In this document: piece by piece, positions 53,386 through 64,000 of the stretch
Layout: each line of letters starts with the position of its first letter
How positions within the stretch are numbered: the first letter of the stretch is position 1
Source of the DNA: Camelus ferus
Taxonomy: Eukaryota
DNA length: 64,000 nucleotides
Direction: 5' to 3'
NCBI RefSeq assembly: GCF_009834535.1
Contig: NC_045696.1
Span: forward strand, 12,464,001 to 12,528,000
The notes under the pieces: generated by a model
Databases searched by the model: none
The model's input: the letters and a program-made list of their open reading frames with translations, nothing else
Told to the model about the DNA's origin: nothing
Translations under genes and position numbers: made by a program

Positions 53386-54629
53386 TGTTCAAATAATGTT
53401 TATTATGCTCTTAATACCAGAAAAAGAGTTGAGGTTGCTAATATATGTCTTTGGAGAACCTGACACACATAAAATCATCCTCTTCTAGGGATATTGCCTT
53501 CTTACAAAGAGTAAGTGTGATGGGTAAATAGATATAGGAACAATTTTGTAGATCAAGCTACCGTTTAACCGCTTATTGAATAGACGTGAAGTGACAAGAT
53601 CAACTAGAGGAAATAGTTAAGAACCTGTCCTCTACTAAACCATTAAATGAAGCAGAAGCCATTATGTCCCAAAGATTTAGAATAAATTTGCCCAGGTTGG
53701 AACAAAAAGTTAAAAGGGCAGTAAAAATCAGAGCAGCTTCTCTTTAGGAATGAGCGCTCTCTTGCTATATTTAAATCCTGTTTAACCATTCATCTCAGAA
53801 TGTGTATTCAGGAGAGACTATAGTTATGAGTACTTAACCAATCAATTGAGCTTGCTATGTAGGAAATAGATTGAGAGCTAAATCCATTTCAGAGATGTTC
53901 ATATTATGAAAATAAATAGGAAAATAACTAATTTTATGCAGTAATTTAAGGGTTTTAAAAAATTCTTTCTTCAAAGAGAAGTGATGAAGTGTGGAGGCCA
54001 GAAAACAGAATTTGGAATCATAAAAATCTGTCTCTGCTGTTGTGCTATCATATAGCTATGTGATTTTGTTAAGATTCAACCTCTTTGCCCATAAAAGAAG
54101 ATCATAATTTCTCTGCAAGTTTTTTATTAGAAGTAAAGCTAATATCTGTAAAATGCCTCTGTGTAGGCCCTAAATAAATACATGCTATTATTTTACACAA
54201 TTTTTTAAATTGTGACTTTACCCGGTGCAAGTTGCATCTCATTGCCATGAACTCATGGAATATGTAAAAATGTGTTGTTTCATTGGATTTTTATTCTAAT
54301 GAAGTGCTTTGCTAGAAATTGTAGAATCTGCCTTCAGGTTTCTGGGTCAAACTGAAAGGAAAAGCCATAATTTCTGTCCTCTGTTGAGAGAATTAGAAAG
54401 TGGAAACAGAAATATTTTAGACCAAAATGGTGAGGGGAGAGGAAAAGAGAGGGAGTAAAAAACAAATATTGCAAAAGATAGTCGTTCTCTGAAGGATGTC
54501 TTGTACACACATTTTACTGCAGAGATGTGGAATCTTTCTGTTCTAGGTGAAATTGGGCAATTTGCTTTTGCAAGAGGAGCATTAATATTGTTTCAAATAA
54601 AGAGGGGTAAGATGTGTTGACAACTTATT

Positions 54630-54850
54630 CTAGAGACAATAGGGTTGTCAAGAGAACAGCTTCTCCAGCCAGACTTCCCAGTGCTACATTGTCTAGCTAT
54701 GTGGCCAGTGTGAGCCCAGATCTTCACCCACATAATGAGGATAATAATAGTCCCTACCTCACAGAGTTGTTGGGAGAATTGAATGAAATAATATATGGGA
54801 AGTACTTAGGTGAGCACCTGGCATGTACTAACATTTATTATTAGTTGTAT
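54630..54850 (+). mobile_element. MIR
   Basis: 'aatgaggataataatagtccctacctcacagagttgttgggagaattgaatga'. Confidence 0.8.
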
Positions 54851-55174
54851 TATTGCTGATGAAACAAAGAGCAAAAGAAGCAATACCCCCTACTCTACCT
54901 AGGAAAAGCACATTGAGGCCCTAAGGGAGGAAACTCAGAATCAAGACCCTCCCTGAGAGTGTTATAGATCCTGACTAAATCTCTTTATAAGCCAAGTTTC
55001 TCCTTCTCTAGCATTTTCATGTAGCTTAAGTCAAAATAAAACAAACTATGAAGAAAGCCTCAAATCAGTCTTCAAAAGGTATCTAGAAATCTGAGAGTAG
55101 TATGTGAAAAGGAATTCAAGCCTTGTTTTCACCCTAGTTTGATATTTGCCTTGTTTGCCTCATTTAGTTAATGG

Positions 55175-55615
55175 CTGTATTTGTTAGCTTTTGCTGCAGT
55201 AATGATGTATAAGAAACAATTCCAAATCTCATTGGCTTAAACAATTAAAAGTTATTTTTCACACATGAGTCTGTGAGGCAGCTACAGTGACTATGTTCCA
55301 GGCTGTGCATCTGGTCCCCTCATTCTGGGTTGTGCAACATCCCTCACAGGCCGATGCGCTCATAGCTACCTGGGATAAGTTCTCATGGCAGAGGGCAAGA
55401 AATAAAGCCTAACAACATAAACAAACTTTTAAACAACTTTATACAAAGTTAAAATCTTACTTGAACAGGAAGTATGTCATTCCATTGGCCAAATCAATAT
55501 TATAACCACATCTCAAAACTTTGGAACCACATCCAAAAACTCTGGAACAGTGAAGTAATCGCCTCTGGTGCAAAGAGTGTGGTATTTGCTGAACACTAAT
55601 GAAATCTATCACACT
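55175..55615 (-). mobile_element. MaLR LTR (MLT1I/J-like)
   Basis: 'tgtatttgttagcttttgctgcagtaatgatgtataagaaacaattccaaatctcattggcttaa' and 'cattccattggccaaatcaa'. Confidence 0.65.
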
Positions 55616-57455
55616 TGACATACTGTTAGGGTCCTATCAAGTCTAAGACCCAGGCTGACCATGTCAATTGATTGACCTTTTTCTGTGATGTGAATCTCAA
55701 AAGTCAAAGTGCATCAAAATCACCAAGGGACTTATTAAAAATATAAGTGATTTGGCTCTCCCACAGTGATTCTGATTTGATAAATTTGAAAGCCAGACTC
55801 AAGTTCTGTATGGTGACCAACCTCACCAGCAATCGCGTCATACACCAAAGTTTGAGAATCATTGGGAAAGTTATACCTGGAGATCAGAGCAAGTCACGAT
55901 TGGGAGCAATTGCCTCCCTCTTATGTCTTGTTGCCCCAGTGGAGAAGGGAAGATAACACAGTGACAACATTCCCACTTGCAGAAAAAAATAAAAGAGACT
56001 GAGTTGGGATTTCTGATGGATTCAACTACTGGCTCCCAATTCTTTTTCCCCACCTCTGCCACTGGACTTTGCTGTTCCTTCTGCTGAATTTTACCACCTT
56101 GTTGATGCAGGACTTAGGCACATGACCCACTTTGGGCAGTGATATAAGATAACAGAGCATCAGTTCCAAGTTTAAGGCATGTTCTTCCTTTGCCCATCTG
56201 ATTTTCATCTTGAGAAGAGCATCCCCCAATAGCTGCTACCTCTCCATACTGGGCCCCAGAATTAACACTCATTGACAGGCAAGAATCCAAGCCCATCTGA
56301 ACCCAAAGTGAATCAGAGCTGCCTAGTCAAAACCAATCAGATCAACCAACCTCCACCTGAAAATTGTATGAGTGCAAGAAAAAATGATTGCTATTTGAGC
56401 CTACATGTGTTGAGGTGGTTTTTCACTCAGCAAAAGTTAATTCACACAGGGTTTAAGAGTCATTTTCTGAGACTACTTCTCTCCTCCCCATTCCGATATC
56501 ATTTGTGTAACAGTAGTGAGAACTCATGTTCTCTACCTTGAAATGAAGCTCAGGCTGTAAGCCAAATATTTTTTTTTCTCAAAACATGAAGAATATATAG
56601 AACTAGGAAACATTTTCATATGAATTCATGCTGTCATTGATTTGAATATACGTGAAGAAGAAAACACATGAATGTAGAAGGCAGAAATAAGAGGGGAAAA
56701 AAAGGAATATTCAGGTCATACAACAGCACCACTCCTTTTTTTTTTTCAAAATAGAAACAGATTGTTGTACAGAATCCAGCAATTCTGGTGGAAATACTCT
56801 GCAATGGAAGCATGTTTTCCATTAACTTAAATACTGTGTTAACCTCAATCAAAAATACATTTTCTTAAACTGAATACGAAATTTATAGTCTCGAAAAACA
56901 GTGCCTGCCATTTAAATGTGCAAAGACTCTGATGCAAATGACTCCATCCCATGTGATTTTAAAAAATTACTTTGTTAAAATGAAATAAAAACCTAAAGCA
57001 GCATGTATTCCCCCACCCAACCAAGCACTTCAACCATGGGGGATAACTTTTAAAGCTCCCAAGTGTACTTTCTTTTCTTGCTGCTATCTCCTATCTTTGG
57101 GACTTAAGCATATGATTTCTCTCTATTCAATAAAACTACTCATAAAAAAACTTTTCAAATATAGACAGACTCTATCATTCCAAGATTCATGGAGGCAGAC
57201 ATTATGTGAGGGTGATTTTTCTTCTAAGCTAGTGAGCCCAAGAAGTGGGATGGGAGATCTGCCATGTTAGAAAGTGATGTAACCAGTTGTAGTTTGTATC
57301 TGAGCTTCTCTCTGGACCTTTGGGACTTGGGGGAGCACCTTGCTGTGAAGGAGGGAGATGCATCATGGTATGGACCAAGGTGGAGCCTTTGTGGAGAGAC
57401 TCAGGCCTCAGGAGCTGCAGTCAAGTAGGGTCTTGATGGTGATTCATATACTTCT

Positions 57456-57495
57456 CCTGTGTTTCACCTTTGCCCTGTGTTTCACCTTTGCCCTG
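57456..57495 (+). repeat. 18-bp tandem duplication (cctgtgtttcacctttgc, two copies plus cctg)
   Basis: Directly visible; perfect copies. Confidence 0.9.
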
Positions 57496-57814
57496 GGAGG
57501 GGCCTGACAGAATGTGGGAACTATCATCACATCTTGAAAGAAATGAGAACAGGCAGTGGAGGGAGGGAAACAGAGGGCTGGGGGAAGGAAGAATAAAGGT
57601 CCAAATAGATCCTGCCTGAAAACTCAAGGCAAAAAGTGAGCGCTAATTATGAGGAGAAGGTGGCAGGGTAATTATAGCACCTTTTCTCCCTTTGCAGGCA
57701 AACTCTTTCTCTGGCTACTGGAAAAGGAAGAGTTCCCTGTAGGCGGCCAGCCCTGGTGGTTAACAAAGACCAAATCTATATTCATTCTGTATAATAGCAA
57801 CAATTTATGGGGTT

Positions 57815-57941
57815 GGGGGAGGATATAGTTCAATGGTAGAGTATGTGCCTAGCATGCACGAGGTTGTGGGTTCAATCCCCGGTAATAAATAAATAGATAA
57901 ACCTAATTACCTTCCCCCCAAAAAATATTAAAGGAAAAAAA
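57815..57941 (+). mobile_element. tRNA-derived SINE (Vic-1-like)
   Basis: 'ggggaggatatagttcaatggtagagtatgtgcctagcatgcacgagg..tgggttcaatcccc' plus 'aaacctaattaccttccccc' tail. Confidence 0.9.
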
Positions 57942-59394
57942 AATTTACAGTATTGGATGAAGTTATTTCCCAACCTGGAAGACTGGTGATCAGTGCCACC
58001 TAAATGACCAATAGGAAGATAGAAGGTAAATTACCTACTGTTTACAACGTCCTTAGAAGAGTCAGAGTGCTTAACGCTATCTCCCAAAAGGGTAAGTTTG
58101 GAACAGCAATGACAGGGACATCGTCATTCTGTAAATCTCCTTTATGCCTTTAGTCACTAGGACACTTGGTTTCTTTCATTACATTTGATGGTTGCTTCCA
58201 CAACCATAAACATAGTCCTCTGAATCATTTCCACTCTCTGAAGATATTGATTTTAATGTCACACATTAATTCTGCTTTCATACTAATATTCATAATTTAA
58301 TTTGTGAACTCGTTAAGCCAATAAGCCAATATATGGTCTTTTCTGTCATTTCATTGGGAAGCAGAAAATTGCTCAAGTCTGTGACTTATTCCTTCCACAA
58401 TGGACCATGACAACTATAGGTCCATCAATCACACGAGCACTCACATTCATTTTTTAAGGTGTACATTGTTTTCCAAACAGCAGAGCACAAACATTAGAGT
58501 AGTCACTCTCACAAAGCAAACTCCCAAGATAGGAGTAGAAGCTCAAATTATTGCCATTCATATTATGAGTACGTTTTAAATATTTTTCTAGCTCTTGTTT
58601 ACTCTTTACAACAAATTTTAAATAATTTGGAACTTCCTCTTGTTGAGTCCTGTCCTCCACACCGAGTCTTCCTCTGATTCTCTCCCACTGTCCACCCCAC
58701 TGAAATTAACAATTGTCCCATGTACCAATCTACAGGAGATGCTACAAATTAGTGAGGCACTAAATTTCTACTAGAAATTTCAGAAGGTGGAGAAAACAGC
58801 ATTTATCGTAACATCTTCCAAGGAAGAACTGCATCTGTTTAGTAAAACTTTTTAAGTCATTTGCAGACAAGAAGACTCTAGGTAAGTCCTAGAATTGGAC
58901 ATAGGTGCTTGTTCAGCAGCCCCCCGCCCCAGCAGGTGCAGGCCTCCTGCTTGATAGAGGGGGACAGCGAGTCTGGGGCCGGAGCTGAATCCCCCTTACA
59001 GCACAGTAGAGAGTGGACTCTGCCACAAGGTAGATGTCCTCTTCTGTCCTTCCGCAGGCAGTACTCAGCCCCTCCTCTAAAATAAATACAGGGCAAATAT
59101 TTAAAGATGACTGGTGTAGAGTGCCACGTTAGCAGGCTGCCCTGGGCACCCATATGGCTCAAGGCACCCGAATGCCTTGGTTTTCTTCCTCTCCTTGGCT
59201 CTTGCTCTCTCTTTCCATCTCTCCCTGTTTGTTTTAATTAAAGAAATTAAAACCCAAAGCTTTCTTTACAGATGTGTGCTAAGTCTCAGCTGTTCCCTTA
59301 ACCTCACATTGCCTGATTCAACTGAGCAAAAAAGCTATCTCCTTTATAACTAGTTGACTCTAGCTTTCTTATTCCTCCTTCCACACACTAGAGG

Positions 59395-59497
59395 CAAAAA
59401 AAGAGAAGAAGAAGGAAGAGGAGGAGGAGAGGAACAAAAGGAAAAAGAACAAGGAGGAGGGAAGGAAGTAGAGGAGGAGGTAGAAGGGAAAAAAGAA
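59395..59497 (+). repeat. GA-rich low-complexity tract
   Basis: Near-pure purine run 'gagaagaagaaggaagaggaggaggag...'. Confidence 0.9.
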
Positions 59498-61192
59498 AGT
59501 TTGCCTAGGTGTTTTACCTATCATTAAAGTCAGATCCTTCATTACTATTTTCTCCAATCAAAACTTTGTCTAACACTATTTCTCTCAAGTTGTTTGTTGT
59601 AAATGGATTCATAACTACTTTCTCCCTCTAAAAATGAATTTAAGATACATTAGTACCCTCAGTATCAGTCCTAACTCAAACACTTAGCTCAAATACAAAT
59701 GAGTCATATCCGTTTTTTAAAAAATGAGTAAGTGAAAAATATATGAAAATGCTCACAGGTCTCTTGCATTATGATTGCTAATATCTTTCAAGACTTGAAG
59801 AGAAAATATTCATTAGATCTAAGCCCTCAGATAGGTTGGCTTATAACTCTGGTCAACGACCTCTGATATGCAGGATTCACAGGAGCTTAACTCATTCAGA
59901 AGTAAGAGAACAGAATGATTCTCCAAGTAAGACTGTCTGGTCCCTCGAGAGATGAACAAGAGGGTCACTCTACCATCAGGTTCCTTGTTTATCCACCTGC
60001 ATTTTTTTTTTTTTGGTTATTTTTATCTCCAGATTTTAGCACTTGAGAATTCTTTACCAGACCTAGCAACTCTGAAGGATTCAGTAATGACACAGGGCCC
60101 TGGGAGCTGGAATGCACTGAGAAATTATAGGAAGCTTGCACTTGGTGTGTGACTTTAGCGCATTTACCAAGTGCTTCAAAACAACTGGCTGCTCCTCCAT
60201 GTCTACCACACGTAAGAAGGTAGAACAGGTGGTTACTCAGTTTTATAGACAAAGTTCACAGAAGTTAACTAGTAAACTTTTACTGCCATAACTGCCAATA
60301 TATTTCTTTAAATGTGAAGTTCCAGCTGGAAAACTGATAGATCCCAACTTGGTAGATGCACAAGTTACATCAAGCAGACTGTAGTTTGACTCATCTTGCT
60401 TCAGTGTCCATCTTTTGGAAAACCCATGATTTATTCAACTGTTTTTAAGTGCCTTGAATATGCAAAGTGACTGCCAAAAAGATTGCCAGTGGTGGGGGCA
60501 GGGTATCCATCATTGACAATGGACAGAGGGCAAGCTGAACACTAATACTACAAAATAGAAACAGACGTGATATATTTCAACCCCACTCTGGACATGACTT
60601 CAAGACTATAAGGGTTGATGATACATTTTAAAGTAAGTAGGTATAATTTCCTCCTCCCCATCTTGGGATCAATTTGGGGTTTATTTATGGCTTGCTTGCC
60701 AACTAATAAGGTGGATTATCAGGGATGGATAATCTAGTTGGAAGCTGGGAAAGGCACAAACTTTGGACATAAGTCCATCCTTGGGGACTGAGAGCAGAAA
60801 ACTGAAAACTCATCTTAGTTTCTGTGGTATTAGAGCATGTGTTTTTAACTTACAGCCAGAGAGAATTTTCCTCACCTGCAGAGAGAAGAATAAAAATAAT
60901 CCAGAATGTTACATCTCTGTTAGCAATTCCTTGCAGGGCCTGGAGCTGCTGCAGGAAGTTTCTCATTTGCAAGACTGAGGTCCCTTATTTTCCAAAGCCA
61001 GCTCCTCCTGCAGGGGCAAATGGGCTCTGCACTGCCTCCTGGAACTCACTCCAACACAAAATGGGATGTTATAAGGCACCTCGTGTGCTTAAGCCAATTC
61101 CAGCACGTGAGATTTCAGAGTCTGGGCCAAAGCTGCAGCAACAGATGAAAGAGAGGGGTCAGGGAGGTAGACTCTGAAACAAACTGACCTGG

Positions 61193-61581
61193 TGCGTTAG
61201 TTGTCTAGAGCTGCTATAACAAAGTACCACAGATTGCATGGCTTCAATGATGGAAATGCATTGTCTCACAGTTCTGGAGGCTGAAAGTCCAAGATCAAGG
61301 TGTCAGCAGGGTTGGTTTCTTCTGAGCCTCTCTTCTTGACTTGTAAATTGCTGCCTTCTCCATGCGTCTTCATATGGTCTTCCCTCTGTAACTATCTGTG
61401 TCCTAATCTCCTTTTCTGTAAGAACATCAGTCATATGGGATTAGGGCCCACCCTATACAGACCTCACTTTAACTCAATTACCCCTTTAAAGACCCTATCT
61501 TCAAAATAGTTACATTCTGAGGTACCAAGTGTTAGGACTTCAACATATGAATTTTAGGAAAACACAGTTCAGCCCATAACA
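61193..61581 (-). mobile_element. MaLR solo LTR (MLT1-like)
   Basis: 'gctgctataacaaagtaccacaga', 'tctcacagttctggaggctgaaagtccaagatcaaggtgtcagcagg', ending 'cacagttcagcccataaca'. Confidence 0.88.
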
Positions 61582-64000
61582 CCTGGAATCTCCACTTGAC
61601 CACTAACTCACCTGCACTCTAAGTCCCCAGGTCACCTTCTCTCTTTACTGAAATGACCAGGTGCCTGTGGATCTGGTTCAGCTCTACAAGGAATGGTGAT
61701 GGACACCTGGCCAGTCATGACCCTTTGTGTCTCAAAAGCAAGGGAACGAGGTTGAAGGACAGCAAAATTAATTACTTCCCAGGAAGTCACAAAGAGCTAT
61801 AGCAGCAACTCCCACTTTTTAGCAAAAGGCTGTGCTAAAGGGAAGAAGGAAAAAAATATACTAAGGGAGCAGAAGATTTAAGAACCCACTGACTCTCAAA
61901 ATTAGATATTGCCTATAGTTGCAAACTTAACAAAGCCAATTTGGTCCTGCACGCTTAGATTCTTGGCTGCCAAAGAAGGTTGAGACAGCAAGAGTTTACT
62001 ACTCTCCCACACCTGGTTGCAAGATTTAAAGGAAAACAAATCTCAGTCCAAATTCCATCATGCAGACAGACATTTATTGGCAAATATTTATCAACAAGTG
62101 AGTGTGAAACAGTTTACATAACTTGTTCTACACGCTGCATGAAGCCCTTTTAGTGGTCATGGTAGGAAAAGTTCACCTGAAGCAGACTCAGCAAGATTTC
62201 AAAGGCAGGATTCCATGCTGAGAAGGCACCATGAGGTCAAAAGTCCTCCTCAACCAAAGTCTGGACTAAGAACCAATTAGGGAATCAAACGATGACTATC
62301 ATCCCAAAAAGACTAGTGCAGACCTCCATGCAGTCTTATACCCTGTTCAAAAGAGCGGAAGCCAATCCATATGTTCAAAATATGTTTCATTTCATCCATG
62401 AGAGCTAAAGCCTATTTCCAACTTCCATCATGCTGATGAACACACACAAGATTCAGCAATGGAAACCCAAATTTGGAGTCAATGTGCTAATTCATAAAGC
62501 ATCCATGGCTAATCAGGAGGATATAGAACAGAAAGGGAAAGGAGTGTAGAAGCTGCTTCTGGGGTAGGTTTGCTCTCACACAACACCACCTGCCACCATG
62601 GAGATCCTGCCAACAGTGTAACTGATCACCAGAAAGTTAAAGGCTAACTAACTGGCTCATCCCAAATGTCAAGGATTGTAAGCACTTTACAGCAATTACA
62701 GAGATTGTAACACCTGTTAATATAAATTTAAGCCATAGCAACCGAGAATGCACTGCACTGGGGATAGGCTCCCGGGTCTGATTTCAGGGCTGCCACGTTG
62801 GATGCACCATCTCTTTGGGCTTCATTTTCCTCCTGTAGAAAATAAAGGGATTGAGAGATCAAATTTCTCAGATTTGTTCTACAGGATCTTAGGGTTTTAT
62901 GGAGGAGCTCCAGGAATTCTACAAACTCGTGACTCACATTTTAATGTAGTTTAACCGTTTGTAAGGTTTTTTTTTTTAAGAAAGGAAGCAAAAAAAATGC
63001 TAGGTGCACACAAACATGTACACACCCACCAAAACTGAACAGAGTAGAAACTAGTGCTACCAGAAATAACTTGTTTTTATTCAGATCTTAGAATAAAGTT
63101 TTCTCTAATCAAATCTGTAAATGATATATGAATATATTGTATACATGTGATTGAGGAGATAAGTTGCAACTCAACATTTTTTTTAATTTAAAACTTTGCA
63201 TTTTAATGCATGTAAAAGTACATGAGGAACGACATGACTGCAGGACACTCAGTTAGATGCCAGGAGAGACTTGATGATGGAGGTTCTCACCAAGGTGTAA
63301 CTGGCAGTTATGCAAGAGAACATGAGTGCCTAACACTTTGTCATTTATTGTAAGTTCTAGATAAAGTTTGACTTTTTATTAATTATAGAGTGATTGATTA
63401 AAAGTCTTGCGGTCTTCTTAGATCACTTTTTCTTTTCCCCAGGTAATAAGAATAAATTCCTCCAAAGCCAAAAGTGGATACACATCACCAGTTAAAAAAT
63501 AAATTTTCAAGGAAAATTTGTTGATGGCTATGACGAGTTGATGATGCTCAAGTTAACAGTCCACCTGTCCAATTATCATCAGCTAAGGTCGATTTCCATC
63601 ACAGCAGCATCTCTCAAATTCACACAATGCAACTTGAAGACAGTAAAGTGTGATGGTGCATGGTCCAGGTCTTCAATGGATTTTGCAAAAAAATTTTGAA
63701 TCCTAGCATGCTCCAGTGTAAATCTGAAACAAAATACAGTGAGCATACAACATGAGTCCCAGATTTTTTTAAGAGTAATTGAACAGTCAATTTATAGGAA
63801 AACATATGCAAACAATATTTAAATCTAACAATCAAAGTGCATTAACATTTGTATTCATAAGCTGCTCTACTGCAAATCAGAGAGAAACTATTAGAAAAAT
63901 CTTATTATACCCTAGAATGTAGGCATGGTAATGATGGGGACTTTGCTTAACTAAACTGCTTACCTCCAGCAGCTAGAATAGTGCTTGACACACAGTGGGT

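Overview
AT-rich, repeat-dense mammalian DNA. It is most likely camelid, judging by five copies of a tRNA-derived Vic-1-like SINE. Most of the window is old interspersed repeat (L1, L2, MIR, MaLR/ERVL LTRs, hAT MERs) plus two younger 5'-truncated L1 copies. I found no intact protein-coding gene; nearly all ORFs in the track look like chance or repeat-derived frames. Clearest observations: (1) an exact 433-bp copy of 43462-43894 sits inside the L1 at 52292-52724, with microhomology junctions, no TSD and no poly-A, resembling a templated insertion; (2) a tailless 5'-half tRNA-Cys(GCA) retrocopy with an 18-bp TSD at 30143-30179; (3) a close tail-to-tail inverted SINE pair at about 25.7-26.1 kb; (4) a chain of minus-strand exon-like segments (38.7 to 11.7 kb) with compatible phases, ending in a Glu-rich frame with one internal stop, possibly a decayed gene or spliced lncRNA of unknown identity. 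Repeat names come from recognition by eye and boundaries are approximate unless a TSD is given. I see no convincing evidence of a wholly new biological system.
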